From positions 192,001-256,000 of the forward strand of contig CAVPOM010000007.1 of the NCBI GenBank assembly GCA_963707025.1: a stretch of DNA of 64,000 bases. Reading direction: 5' to 3'. Source of the stretch: an uncultured Verrucomicrobiae bacterium (GTDB lineage: Bacteria; Verrucomicrobiota; Verrucomicrobiia; Limisphaerales; Palsa-1400). Positions 41,136 to 50,646 of the stretch are shown piece by piece. Both the position numbers and the translations under genes were made by a program. Below the pieces are notes generated by a model, which did not search any database, was not told where the DNA came from, and saw only the letters and a list, made by a program, of their open reading frames with translations. Position 1 is the stretch's first letter; every line of letters starts with the position of its first letter.

Positions 41136-42878
41136 ATGAAAACAACACCGTTCATTCCAGTGGCGGCCCTTCTGGTTCTTGGCGTCTGGAGCGTTGCCTT
41201 TGCGGGCGCGGCCTCTCCTCTGCCCGGACCGGGCCAGGCCGCCGGGCCGGATTTTGGCCCCAACGTTCTGATCTTCGATCCGGCCATGACTAATATTCAA
41301 AGCCAGATGGACGCGATCTTCAGCCAACAAGAACGCAATCAATTCGGTTCCAATCGCTATGCCTACCTGTTTAAGCCGGGCCAGTATCACTTGGACGTGC
41401 AGATGGGTTTCTACATGCAGGCGCTGGGCCTGGGAGCATCACCGGACGATGTCGCCATCACAGGGGCGGTGCGGTCCACGGCCGGCTGGATGCGCGGCAA
41501 TGCCACCTGTAATTTCTGGCGCGCTGTGGAGAATCTGTCGGTCACGCCGACGCCGGACCGGGATCCGGATGTCTGGGCGGTGTCGCAAGGCACCGCGCTT
41601 CGCCGGGTCCACTTGAAAGGAGATTTGAATCTCTGGGATAACGGATGGTCCAGCGGCGGATTTATGGCCGACTGCCGGATTGACGGCCGGGTCAATTCCG
41701 GATCTCAGCAACAATGGCTTTCCAGAAACGCGCAATGGGGAAGTTGGACCGGCGGCTCGTGGAACATGGTTTTTGTCGGCGTGGTCAATCCGCCCGCCGG
41801 CAGGTGGCCGGTTTCACCGTACACGGTGGTTGAGAAAACGCCGCTGATCCGGGAGAAGCCGTATTTGTTTATTGACGATGGCGGACACTATTTTGTCATG
41901 GTGCCGGGCCTCCAAAACGGCGGCGCGCAGGGAACCACCTGGTCGGGCGGGAGCACCCCGGGGCAGGCATGGCCGATGGACCGGTTCTACCTGGCGCATC
42001 CGGGAACGGACAATGCCGCCAGCATCAATGCGGCGCTGGGCCAGGGGCGGAATGTCATCTTCACTCCGGGGATTTATCATTTGGAAAACAGCCTCCGCAT
42101 CACCCGGCCGGACACCCTGGCGCTGGGACTGGGTTACCCGACGCTGGCGCCGGACAACGGAACTCCCGCGCTGGTGATTTCCGACGTGGATGGCGTCAAG
42201 GTGGGAGGAATCCTCTTCGAAGCGGGCGCCAGCAATTCGGCCACCTTGTTGCAAGTGGGAGAGGCGGGGAGTTCGATTTCCCATGCCAGGAACCCGCTGT
42301 TTCTTTACGACATTTTCTGCCGGGCGGGCGGCGCGTCGGTGGGAAAAACGACCTGCATGGTCACCATTAATTGCAACGACGTGGTGGGTGACAACTTCTG
42401 GCTCTGGCGGGCGGATCATGGCCGCGGGGTGGGCTGGTCCGCCAATGCCAACGACAACGGCCTGATTGTCAACGGCAATAACGTCACCTTCTACGGCCTG
42501 TTCGTCGAGCACTGCCAGGGGTATCAAACCATGTGGAACGGCAATGGCGGGCGCGTTTACTTTTACCAATCCGAAATGCCTTATGATCCGCCCAGCCTGG
42601 AGGCCTGGCGGCACGGGACCGTCAACGGATTCGCCTCCTACAAAGTGGCGGACTCGGTGACCACGCATCAGGCCTGGGGGCTGGGCGTGTATTGCGTGTT
42701 TTACAGGGCGCCGATTGTCGCCGAAAACGCGATCGAGACTCCGGCCGCTCCGGGCATCCAGATGCGCCACATGGTGACCATCCGGCTGGGCGGCGGGCAG
42801 CGCGGCAGCGGCATCAATCATGTGATCAACGGCACCGGCAGTCCGGTGATTACAACCATGAAGGCGATAGTGGACTAG
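41136..42878 (+). CDS. GH55-like exo-beta-1,3-glucanase
   Basis: DFGPNV, NATCNFWR, WAVSQ, SSGGF, SGSQQQW, WRADHG, YQSEMPYD. Confidence 0.8.
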   Translation: MKTTPFIPVAALLVLGVWSVAFAGAASPLPGPGQAAGPDFGPNVLIFDPAMTNIQSQMDAIFSQQERNQFGSNRYAYLFKPGQYHLDVQMGFYMQALGLGASPDDVAITGAVRSTAGWMRGNATCNFWRAVENLSVTPTPDRDPDVWAVSQGTALRRVHLKGDLNLWDNGWSSGGFMADCRIDGRVNSGSQQQWLSRNAQWGSWTGGSWNMVFVGVVNPPAGRWPVSPYTVVEKTPLIREKPYLFIDDGGHYFVMVPGLQNGGAQGTTWSGGSTPGQAWPMDRFYLAHPGTDNAASINAALGQGRNVIFTPGIYHLENSLRITRPDTLALGLGYPTLAPDNGTPALVISDVDGVKVGGILFEAGASNSATLLQVGEAGSSISHARNPLFLYDIFCRAGGASVGKTTCMVTINCNDVVGDNFWLWRADHGRGVGWSANANDNGLIVNGNNVTFYGLFVEHCQGYQTMWNGNGGRVYFYQSEMPYDPPSLEAWRHGTVNGFASYKVADSVTTHQAWGLGVYCVFYRAPIVAENAIETPAAPGIQMRHMVTIRLGGGQRGSGINHVINGTGSPVITTMKAIVD

Positions 42879-42893
42879 GGCGCGGACAAATGG

Positions 42894-42922
42894 TTGACAA
42901 ATGCTCAAACCTCGCCTAGCCT
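42894..42922 (+). promoter_or_regulatory. sigma70 promoter of xylA
   Basis: TTGACA-17 nt-TAGCCT. Confidence 0.6.
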
Positions 42923-42935
42923 CGCCAACACATAT

Positions 42936-44258
42936 ATGAAAACGAACACTGAAGCATTCAAAGAGGTCAAAAAGGTTCGCTACGAGGGGCCGAAATCGAA
43001 AAACCCGCTGGCCTTCAAGCATTACAACCCGGCCGAACTGGTCGAGGGCAAGGCGATGCGCGATCACCTGCGCTTTTCCGTGGTTTACTGGCACACTTTC
43101 CGCGGCACCGGCTCGGACCCTTTCGGTCCGGGCACCGCGCTGCGGCCCTGGGACGACGGCTCGAACTCGGTCGAAAACGCGCAGCACCGGGCGCGGGTGG
43201 CCATGGAGTTCATCGAAAAGCTTGGCGCGCCGTTCTTCGCGTTCCACGATCGCGACATCGCGCCGGAAGGAAGCGATCTGGCGGAAACCAACCGCAATCT
43301 GGACGCGGTCGTCCCGGTGCTGAAAGAGGAGCAGAAACGCACCGGCATCAAGCTGCTTTGGGGCACGGCCAATCTCTTTTCCAATCCGCGTTTCATGAGC
43401 GGCGCCGGCACCAGTCCCAACGCGGAGGTCTTTGCCTATGCCGCCGCGCAGGTGAAGAAGGCGCTGGAAGTGACGCACCAACTCCGGGGCGAAGGGTACG
43501 TGTTCTGGGGCGGGCGGGAAGGTTATTCCACGCTGCTGAACACGGACATGAAGCGCGAGCTGGATCACATGGCCCGGTTGTTGCGCCTGGCGGTGGATTA
43601 CAAAAAGCAGCTCGGTTTCAAAGGGCAGTTTTACCTGGAGCCAAAGCCGAAGGAACCGACCAAGCATCAGTATGATTTCGACGCCGCCGCCTGCCTGAAT
43701 TTCCTGCGCGAATACGATTTGCTGCCGCACTTCAAGCTCAACCTGGAGACCAACCACGCCACCCTGGCGGGCCACACCATGCAACACGAGCTGGAGGTGG
43801 CGGGCGCGGCGGGCCGGCTCGGCTCGATTGACGCCAACACCGGCGACGAGCTGCTGGGCTGGGACACGGACCAGTTTCCGACGAGCATTTATCTGACCGC
43901 TTACGTGATGCTCACCCTTTTGAAATACGGCGGCTTAAAGAGCGGCGGCGTGAATTTCGACGCGAAAGTGCGCCGGGAAAGCTTCGAGCCGATGGACCTT
44001 TTCTATGCGCATATTGGCGGCATGGACGCCTTCGCGCGCGGGCTGAAGATTGCCGCCGCCATCCGCAAGGACGGACGCCTGGCCGAGTTTGTCCAGGAGC
44101 GCTACTCCTCCTGGGATTCCGGCCTCGGCGCGAAAATCGAGTCGGGCAAGGTCACGATGACGGAACTGGAGGCCTATATCCTCCGGCAGGGTGATGCCGC
44201 CGGCAATCGCAGCGGCCGCCAGGAGTTCCTGGAGAATCTTATCAACGAGTTCATTTGA
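42936..44258 (+). CDS. xylA: xylose isomerase (class II)
   Basis: YWHTF, FHDRD, WGGREGY, EPKPKEP, GWDTDQF. Confidence 0.97.
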   Translation: MKTNTEAFKEVKKVRYEGPKSKNPLAFKHYNPAELVEGKAMRDHLRFSVVYWHTFRGTGSDPFGPGTALRPWDDGSNSVENAQHRARVAMEFIEKLGAPFFAFHDRDIAPEGSDLAETNRNLDAVVPVLKEEQKRTGIKLLWGTANLFSNPRFMSGAGTSPNAEVFAYAAAQVKKALEVTHQLRGEGYVFWGGREGYSTLLNTDMKRELDHMARLLRLAVDYKKQLGFKGQFYLEPKPKEPTKHQYDFDAAACLNFLREYDLLPHFKLNLETNHATLAGHTMQHELEVAGAAGRLGSIDANTGDELLGWDTDQFPTSIYLTAYVMLTLLKYGGLKSGGVNFDAKVRRESFEPMDLFYAHIGGMDAFARGLKIAAAIRKDGRLAEFVQERYSSWDSGLGAKIESGKVTMTELEAYILRQGDAAGNRSGRQEFLENLINEFI

Positions 44259-44340
44259 GTTTCGGTTTATTCGGACCATCCCGCATCCGGGCAGGTTCCC
44301 GGCTCAACTCAAGGAAGGCCGTTGGGCAACGGGTTGCCAG

Positions 44341-45063
44341 TCACCACAGCCACCGCGTCAATAATGGCGCCAGGGCCAGGCTGGGAAGATAATCGGCCAT
44401 GGCCACTTTCTTGATCTGCAAAACGATCAGGGCCACGCAAAAAATCAGCAGGCCGTCGGTCGCGTTGATGGAGTCAAGCAGAGGCGCGGCCTGCAGCCGC
44501 AGCGTGGGTTCCAGCAGGGCGACGCCGCGGATGATCGCCCCTTGCCAGGCCAGGACCGGAATGGCCGAGACCATGACGCCCCAGCCGAAGGTCCTGGCAA
44601 ACGCCATCGTGGCCATGCCATCCATGACGGCCTTGACGCAGAACACTTGGGCGAAACCGGTCAACCCTTCCGACACCGATCCGAGGATCGCCAGCGGGGC
44701 GGCGCAAAACAAGGCGGTGGCCACGCGGAAGCCGTCGTTGAACTGCGGTTTGCCGGAGGCGGCCGCGGCCATCTTCCGCGTGGCGAATTGGCCCACCGCG
44801 TTGGAAAGCCGCTGCAGACGCAGCAGTTTGCCGGCCAGTTTTCCCAGGGCCATGGCCAGCAGCACGATGGCCAGTTGTTTCAATCTCTGCACGGCGCTGC
44901 CATTCAAGCTGGACAACGTCAAGGTGAGTCCAAACCAGACGGTAAAGACGCCGAGCAGCACTCTGGCCCTGGATTGGTTGGCCGCGGAAACCGGTTTTTT
45001 CAGAACGAGGGCCAAAATGCCGCCGAGCACGATACCTGCCGAATTAATGAGGGCGCCAACCAT
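44341..45063 (-). CDS. DUF554 membrane protein
   Basis: MVGALINSAGIVLGG, ATALFC, KAVMDG, YLPSL. Confidence 0.85.
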   Translation of the reverse strand: MVGALINSAGIVLGGILALVLKKPVSAANQSRARVLLGVFTVWFGLTLTLSSLNGSAVQRLKQLAIVLLAMALGKLAGKLLRLQRLSNAVGQFATRKMAAAASGKPQFNDGFRVATALFCAAPLAILGSVSEGLTGFAQVFCVKAVMDGMATMAFARTFGWGVMVSAIPVLAWQGAIIRGVALLEPTLRLQAAPLLDSINATDGLLIFCVALIVLQIKKVAMADYLPSLALAPLLTRWLW

Positions 45064-45217
45064 CGGGCGAATCATGGAGTTGGGCGCCCCGGCTGCAAAG
45101 CGGAAAGTGGCGCCGGCAGGCCGGTTGAATTAAGATCAAAATTAGCAATCCTTCACTGCGAAGCCTCGTTGACACTCCGGCGGCCTCCATGCTAATAATG
45201 ACACTGCTCGAGCCATT

Positions 45218-45838
45218 ATGAGTTCGTTCTTAAATCAGCACGTTCTGGTCTTGAACCGCCTCTGGCAGGCGGTCAATATCTGCACCGCCCGGCGCGCCCT
45301 CACGCTCCTTTTCGAGGGCCACGCCCAGGCCGTGCTGAGCGACGAGGAGGGCGCCTTCCAAACTTTCAGCTTCAACCAATGGCGGGATTTATCCGCGCAG
45401 GAACCGCATGGGGAAACCATTGCCACCGTCTCCTTCAAAATCCGCGTGCCGCGGGTGATCCTGCTCGTGCTGTTTGATCGCCTGCACAAAAAGGAAGTCA
45501 AGTTCACCCGGCACAACATTTTCGAGCGCGACCGCAATACCTGCCAATACTGCGGCCAGGTTTTCGAGCGCAAGGATTTGAATCTGGATCACGTCATTCC
45601 GCGCGACCGCGGCGGGCCGACCTCGTGGGAAAACATCGTCTGTTCGTGTGTCCGCTGCAACACGCAAAAGGCCAACCGCACGCCGCAGGAAGCCGCCCTG
45701 CACCTGGTGCGCAAACCGAAACGGCCCAAATGGCGCCCGTTTGTCCAGGTCAATCTCGGCCTGCCGCACCACGACAGTTGGAAGCATTTCCTGGATTTGG
45801 CCTATTGGAACGTGGAGTTGGGCGAGGACGCGGGGTGA
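45218..45838 (+). CDS. HNH endonuclease family protein
   Basis: VLVLNR, RDRNTCQYCG, DHVIPRDRGG, WENIVCSCVRCN.K. Confidence 0.92.
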   Translation: MSSFLNQHVLVLNRLWQAVNICTARRALTLLFEGHAQAVLSDEEGAFQTFSFNQWRDLSAQEPHGETIATVSFKIRVPRVILLVLFDRLHKKEVKFTRHNIFERDRNTCQYCGQVFERKDLNLDHVIPRDRGGPTSWENIVCSCVRCNTQKANRTPQEAALHLVRKPKRPKWRPFVQVNLGLPHHDSWKHFLDLAYWNVELGEDAG

Positions 45839-45889
45839 GGGCGCAAAGCAGCCCCATGGCCGGGTGATGGCAGGATGGATGCCTGCGAA

Positions 45890-46255
45890 TTAGGAAACTT
45901 TCTTTCGGGCGGACTCGATCATTTCCCAGAACTTGGGATTCTCCTGCAACGCCTGGTCCTCGCCGGTGGGCAGGCTGGATCGGAAAAGGAAATCTTTCAG
46001 CGTGTTGCGGCTGAGGATGCGGTGAACGACGACGCCCAGTTCATGCCGCTCAAAATAGACCCGGTAATCGCCCAGGCGGAAGCGGTGGAGCGTCTTGCCG
46101 TCGCGCTCCAGCTTGCCGAAATGCTGCAGATCGCGGGTGAGAACTTCCTGGGGCAATCCGCGAAATTCACCCAGAATATGAAGCTGCAATTCGCGCGGCA
46201 TCCTGGCCAATTCCGCTGCGCTGATGGGGTTGAAAATAATCTGAAATTGCAGCAT
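45890..46255 (-). CDS. RelE/ParE-fold protein, no adjacent antitoxin
   Basis: LHRFRLGDYRVYF. Confidence 0.7.
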   Translation of the reverse strand: MLQFQIIFNPISAAELARMPRELQLHILGEFRGLPQEVLTRDLQHFGKLERDGKTLHRFRLGDYRVYFERHELGVVVHRILSRNTLKDFLFRSSLPTGEDQALQENPKFWEMIESARKKVS

Positions 46256-46458
46256 GAGAAAGATATTAAGGGTTAAAGCGCAAAATTGCAACGTTCCCGG
46301 CATGGCGGTAGTGCCTTAATTTCATTATTGTAGTGTCGGCGCTGTGCGCCGAAGTCGAGCCACAGGCTCGACTCTACACCAAATTAAGGCACTGCCGGCA
46401 TGGCCCGCCACCACCAAAGCGCCTGGCAGGAGCAGCGGTGGAAAAGGCGCTGGCGAAT

Positions 46459-48609
46459 CTATTTTTCATGGTAGGGGTGGCGGGAGCGGTAGATTTCCAG
46501 GAGTTCCAGGTTGCGCGCGGCCAGGTCTTTCGCGGTTTTTTCCTCCGCCGGATCCTGCGCGTTGCCGGCCACCTGCAGGGCCAAATCATGGGCCTGCTGC
46601 GCGGCGGCCTGGGCCTCATCAAAGCGCCCCGCTTCGGCATAGGCGGCCGCCAGGGTGCCGAGGAACATGGGCTGCCGGCCGTGATCGAGTTCGCAGGCGC
46701 GCGCGGCCAGTTTCACGGCTTCGGCGCCATTGCGAAATTCTGGATACGGACTGGCGGCCAGGATCCAGGCGAGGTTATTCATCACCGTGCAGTCGGACGC
46801 AGAAGGCGGGACATTCTTGGCCAGGCGGTAATGCGAGATGGCGTCGGTCGTTTTGCCTTGTTTGGCCAGCGCAATTGCCAATTGGAGACGGGCGTCAGAA
46901 AACTGAGGGGCCATGCGCAAGGCTTCGGTGAACTGAGCACAGGCCTCATCTGGTTTGCCCAGTTTGGCCAGCGCCTGCCCCAGTCCGTAATGGGCCTCGG
47001 GAACCACCGGGTCGGCGGCCAGGATTTTGGCGAATTGTTGCTCCGCTTGGGCGGGGCGATCCTGTCCGAGCAAGGCCTTGCCATAGAGGAGCCGGGCATC
47101 GCGGGACGCGGGGTTAAGCTGGAGGGCGGTCGCCAGTTCGGTGGCAGCCTGATCGTATTTGCCCTGGAGCAACAACACCTCGCCAAGAATACCGTGAGTC
47201 AGTTCGTAGTTCTTGTTAAGCTGGAGGGACTTCTCACATTCGACGCGGGCGCGTTCCAATTGGCGGTTGGCCAGAAAATAGGCGGCATAGCAGTTCTGGG
47301 CGATGAAATTGTCCGGGTCCACTTCCAAGTTGTGGACGAAAAGAGTTTCGCCATTTCTCCAATACTGAATCTGTCGGCCGGCCAGAAGGGCGCAAGCCAC
47401 CAACGCAATCCAGGCCGCCCCGCCCAACAGGACCGGCCCCTGCCGCCAGCCGCCGGCCAGATCACTAGCACCCCAGATGAACAGGATGAACAAGCCGATG
47501 GACGGGATGTAGGTATAACGGTCGGCCATGGATTGCGCTCCCACCCGCACCAGCCCAATGACGGGGACGAGCGTTCCCAAAAACCAAAGCCAGCCCAGCA
47601 GCAACCAGGGCCGGGTTTTCCAAAAGCGCAGGACGACCGCGGAAACAGCGATCAAAAAAAGGCAGGCCGCCGTGATTTGCCAGGTTTCCCATGGAATATC
47701 GTAAGGATAAATCGCAACCAAGTTCCGGGGCCAAATCGTCTTGGCCACGTAGATGAAATAGCTGACGACGGCGTTGCCCAGACGATGCGGGAATGCAAGG
47801 CTGGCCAGGGATCGAATGCTCGAGGCAGCGGCCGTCACCGCCAGAACGGAGAAAAAGATGGAAAGGACAACGAACGGGATTTTTTCGATCAACAGCCGCC
47901 AATTCCCGGCAGGGCGGGACTCGGCCGGAACCTGAACATTTTTCGGATTAAGATCAGGTTTGAGAGGGGCCAATTGCAGCCGGCGCAACGGCCACCAATC
48001 CAGGAGCAGCAGGACGAACGGGAGCGTCACCAGCATCGGTTTGGACATCAACCCCAGCACGAAGAAAGCCAGGGCGAGGACATAGAATTTTTTGCATTTT
48101 GCATTTTGCATTTTGCATTCTTCCCCATAGCGGAGGTAGGCCCATAACGTCAGCATCCAAAACACCGTGCATAACACGTCCTTGCGCTCGGAGAGCCAGG
48201 CGACCGACTCGACATGCAATGGGTGCCAGGCAAAGAGCGCCGCCACCATGGCGCTGCGCCAAATAGCCCCGGTCATCCGATTGAGCAGGAGAAACAGCAA
48301 CACCGAGCTGAGAATGTGAAGGGCCAGGCTGGTGGCATGATGACCTCCCAGCCAGCGGTGAAACAACTGGCAATCGAGCATGTAAGACAGCCAGGTCAAC
48401 GGATGCCACATGCTGGCGTAGCTGGTGGCAAAGCACCAGCGCAAGCCCTCCCAGGTGAACCCGCCGTTCACATGATAATTGTTCATGAGAAAAATCGGAT
48501 CGTCGAACGGCACGTAATCGAAGGTGACGACGGGCCAAAAGAGGAGCGCAGTGCCCAAGGCCAACGCAAGGCAGACCAGACCCTTTCGCAGACTATCTTT
48601 GGCAATCAC
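46459..48609 (-). CDS. TMTC-like membrane glycosyltransferase/TPR protein
   Basis: FDD, WHPLTWLS, HPLHVESVAW.SERKDVL, ADRYTY, C-terminal TPRs. Confidence 0.85.
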   Translation of the reverse strand: MIAKDSLRKGLVCLALALGTALLFWPVVTFDYVPFDDPIFLMNNYHVNGGFTWEGLRWCFATSYASMWHPLTWLSYMLDCQLFHRWLGGHHATSLALHILSSVLLFLLLNRMTGAIWRSAMVAALFAWHPLHVESVAWLSERKDVLCTVFWMLTLWAYLRYGEECKMQNAKCKKFYVLALAFFVLGLMSKPMLVTLPFVLLLLDWWPLRRLQLAPLKPDLNPKNVQVPAESRPAGNWRLLIEKIPFVVLSIFFSVLAVTAAASSIRSLASLAFPHRLGNAVVSYFIYVAKTIWPRNLVAIYPYDIPWETWQITAACLFLIAVSAVVLRFWKTRPWLLLGWLWFLGTLVPVIGLVRVGAQSMADRYTYIPSIGLFILFIWGASDLAGGWRQGPVLLGGAAWIALVACALLAGRQIQYWRNGETLFVHNLEVDPDNFIAQNCYAAYFLANRQLERARVECEKSLQLNKNYELTHGILGEVLLLQGKYDQAATELATALQLNPASRDARLLYGKALLGQDRPAQAEQQFAKILAADPVVPEAHYGLGQALAKLGKPDEACAQFTEALRMAPQFSDARLQLAIALAKQGKTTDAISHYRLAKNVPPSASDCTVMNNLAWILAASPYPEFRNGAEAVKLAARACELDHGRQPMFLGTLAAAYAEAGRFDEAQAAAQQAHDLALQVAGNAQDPAEEKTAKDLAARNLELLEIYRSRHPYHEK

Positions 48610-48631
48610 GCGGGGATCTTAATCATTGGGA

Positions 48632-48706
48632 TGGTAGCGCGTACGGGAATCGCACCCGTCTTTCAGCCTTGAGAGGGCCGTGTCCTAACTGATAGACGAA
48701 CGCGCC
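48632..48706 (-). tRNA. tRNA-Glu (anticodon CTC)
   Basis: GGCGCGT..ACGCGCT acceptor stem plus ACCA; anticodon arm CGGCC-CTCTCAA-GGCTG; promoter TTGACA-17-TACGTT at 48747-48719. Confidence 0.93.
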
Positions 48707-48754
48707 ATTAGTCCGGGCAACGTATTCCGCCGGCCTGCGGATGTCAATGGGGAC

Positions 48755-48785
48755 AAAAAAAGAGCCGCCCTGGAAGGGGCGGCTC
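48755..48785 (-). terminator. intrinsic terminator after PEP-CTERM gene
   Basis: GAGCCGCCC-CTTCCA-GGGCGGCTC-TTTTTTT. Confidence 0.85.
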
Positions 48786-48802
48786 GTGAGGGAAAAAACC
48801 AA

Positions 48803-49504
48803 TTACTTCGTGCGGCGGCGGGCCAGGAATGCGCAGAGGCCCATCACGCCAAGAGCAATCGTGCTCGGCTCAGGAATCGTTTGTTGCAAGCTGAAACTCT
48901 GCATTCCAGCAAGGTCTTCCGGAGTGTTGGGAGGTTACCCGGTGACTCCGCCGAGCGCAGTCAGATTAAGTGTAGGCGATTCGCCCCAAGGCACACCGGC
49001 AGCCTCGGCTGCGGCCAAGCTGGTGATGGTGCCACCACCATTATACCAACAGGCCAAGGCGACAGTCGCTGAACCAGCTGAAGTGCCCGGAATCCCCGGA
49101 TCCCCGGTGGGGTAGGACGGGGTTAGAAATGTGCCGAGGACGGCCGCTTGGGCAGTCTGGCGCATTAACGTTGTATACTGGGCCACCGGCAGCAGCGATG
49201 AAGCCGCATCACCTGTTCCCGGAGCAGCCAAGAGCTGCACCGAGAAGTTGTTGCCGAAGGTATAGTTGACTGGAAGACCGGCGGCACCGGAAGCGCCACC
49301 CAGCAACACACTGCCGTTGCCATAAACTTGCGAGCCAGCAGGAATATCAGTGGCTGTGTTGCCAGTTATCTCAACTCCACTTGCCTGCGGTGTGTAGATA
49401 TGGAAGGTCGCATCACCTGCGCGGTCAGTGAAGTTTACAGTGCCTTGAGCATAAGCTCCAAGCGCCATAGCAGAGAACAGGCCGATCAATAATGTTTTTT
49501 TCAT
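48803..49504 (-). CDS. PEP-CTERM sorting-signal protein (in-frame TAA at 48935-48937)
   Basis: Signal peptide, QGTVNF; reading through the TAA gives ..IPEPSTIALGVMGLCAFLARRRTK. Confidence 0.85.
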
Positions 49505-49565
49505 AGCGTGTTTGTTTAGGAATTGTTGGCGGTTTTCAGATCGTTAGACTGATGGTGTTTTTGTC

Positions 49566-50351
49566 TCAGTTGACATCAAAGGTCCGCGTCCACATACTAT
49601 GATAGTTTGGCGCAGTACCAGGAGTAGTGCCGGGGTTGGTGATGATTGCACCATTTTGAAAGCCCCGGTAAAAGAACCCTTGACCCACGCCGACTGTCGG
49701 ATTCGCGGGTTGAGTGCCACCAGGACCATCCCAAGGCTGACCTTGGGGATCCGTGGCGAATTCATCACCATTATAGGTCTGCCACCCAGGCTGCGTCGAG
49801 GTGGACGGGTTATAAACATACACAATGTCGTTATCCACTTCGGGCAACCCCAAATCAACATCCAGCCGACCCGCTTGCGGAACCATCGAACTGGCCAAGT
49901 TAAAGCCCGGTCCGGCCAAGGCTGTATTGGTCAGAGGTCCCTGTAGCACCGTGCCGACGAAGGTGATTGTGACAGCCGCCCCGGAAAGATTGTTAACGAA
50001 AACAGCCTCACCAGGATTCAACGTCGTATTGGTTGCCTGTTGTTGATCCCAAGGAAAGGTTTGTGTGCTAAAATAATCCGGTTGGAGCGTCAGCCAATTA
50101 GAGATGGCAGGCTGCCACTTGAAGAACGTGCAACTGTTGAGGCCAGACACACCATCGGTTGGGATCTGCGAATCCAGCAAAGGCGAAAGGTTGTTGTTGG
50201 AGGTGTTCAACTGGTTTGCAACGATCGAGAAACCAAGCGGTATGGTCACGTTGATGTAGCCGACCGCGTTGAGGGAATAAACTTGCGCCATGAGGGACGC
50301 GCTGGTTAGCGCGGCGACGACGCCCGACAGAAGCAGTGTTTTTGTTCTCAT
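49566..50351 (-). CDS. secreted protein, VYSxNxVGY type
   Basis: MRTKTLLL..AQVYSLNAVGYIN; duplicated units ending GEAVF/GQGFF; WTRTF tail. Confidence 0.8.
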   Translation of the reverse strand: MRTKTLLLSGVVAALTSASLMAQVYSLNAVGYINVTIPLGFSIVANQLNTSNNNLSPLLDSQIPTDGVSGLNSCTFFKWQPAISNWLTLQPDYFSTQTFPWDQQQATNTTLNPGEAVFVNNLSGAAVTITFVGTVLQGPLTNTALAGPGFNLASSMVPQAGRLDVDLGLPEVDNDIVYVYNPSTSTQPGWQTYNGDEFATDPQGQPWDGPGGTQPANPTVGVGQGFFYRGFQNGAIITNPGTTPGTAPNYHSMWTRTFDVN

Positions 50352-50646
50352 ATTTTTATGTTTTGTTGTCCGTGTGTGTGGACTTTCTCAGAATACAAAG
50401 CCGGTGTCAACGTCTTTTTTTCACTTTTTTTAGTTTTTTTTCCTGATACGTTTTCATGGCTCTGACTGTAATACCCTCCTCCAGCCGGCCCGACTTGTAA
50501 AGTTTTTTTTGAAAATAAATTCATCCGATATTGGCGTGGTTCTGGAATAACGCAAATACCTTATACACAACAACTTGCAATCACAGCCGTTGACCCGTGG
50601 ATTAACACAGATACGGAAAGGAAGAAGTCTGCCTTCTTTAACCGCT

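Noticed and set aside
45218..46255. HNH plus RelE as one defence operon
   Set aside because: The genes are convergent, and this HNH type is commonly standalone.
5777..48937. Stop-codon reassignment (TAG in porin, TAA in PEP-CTERM gene)
   Set aside because: TAG and TAA end many normal genes here (for example leuS TAG, mglA TAA); two isolated cases fit error or mutation.
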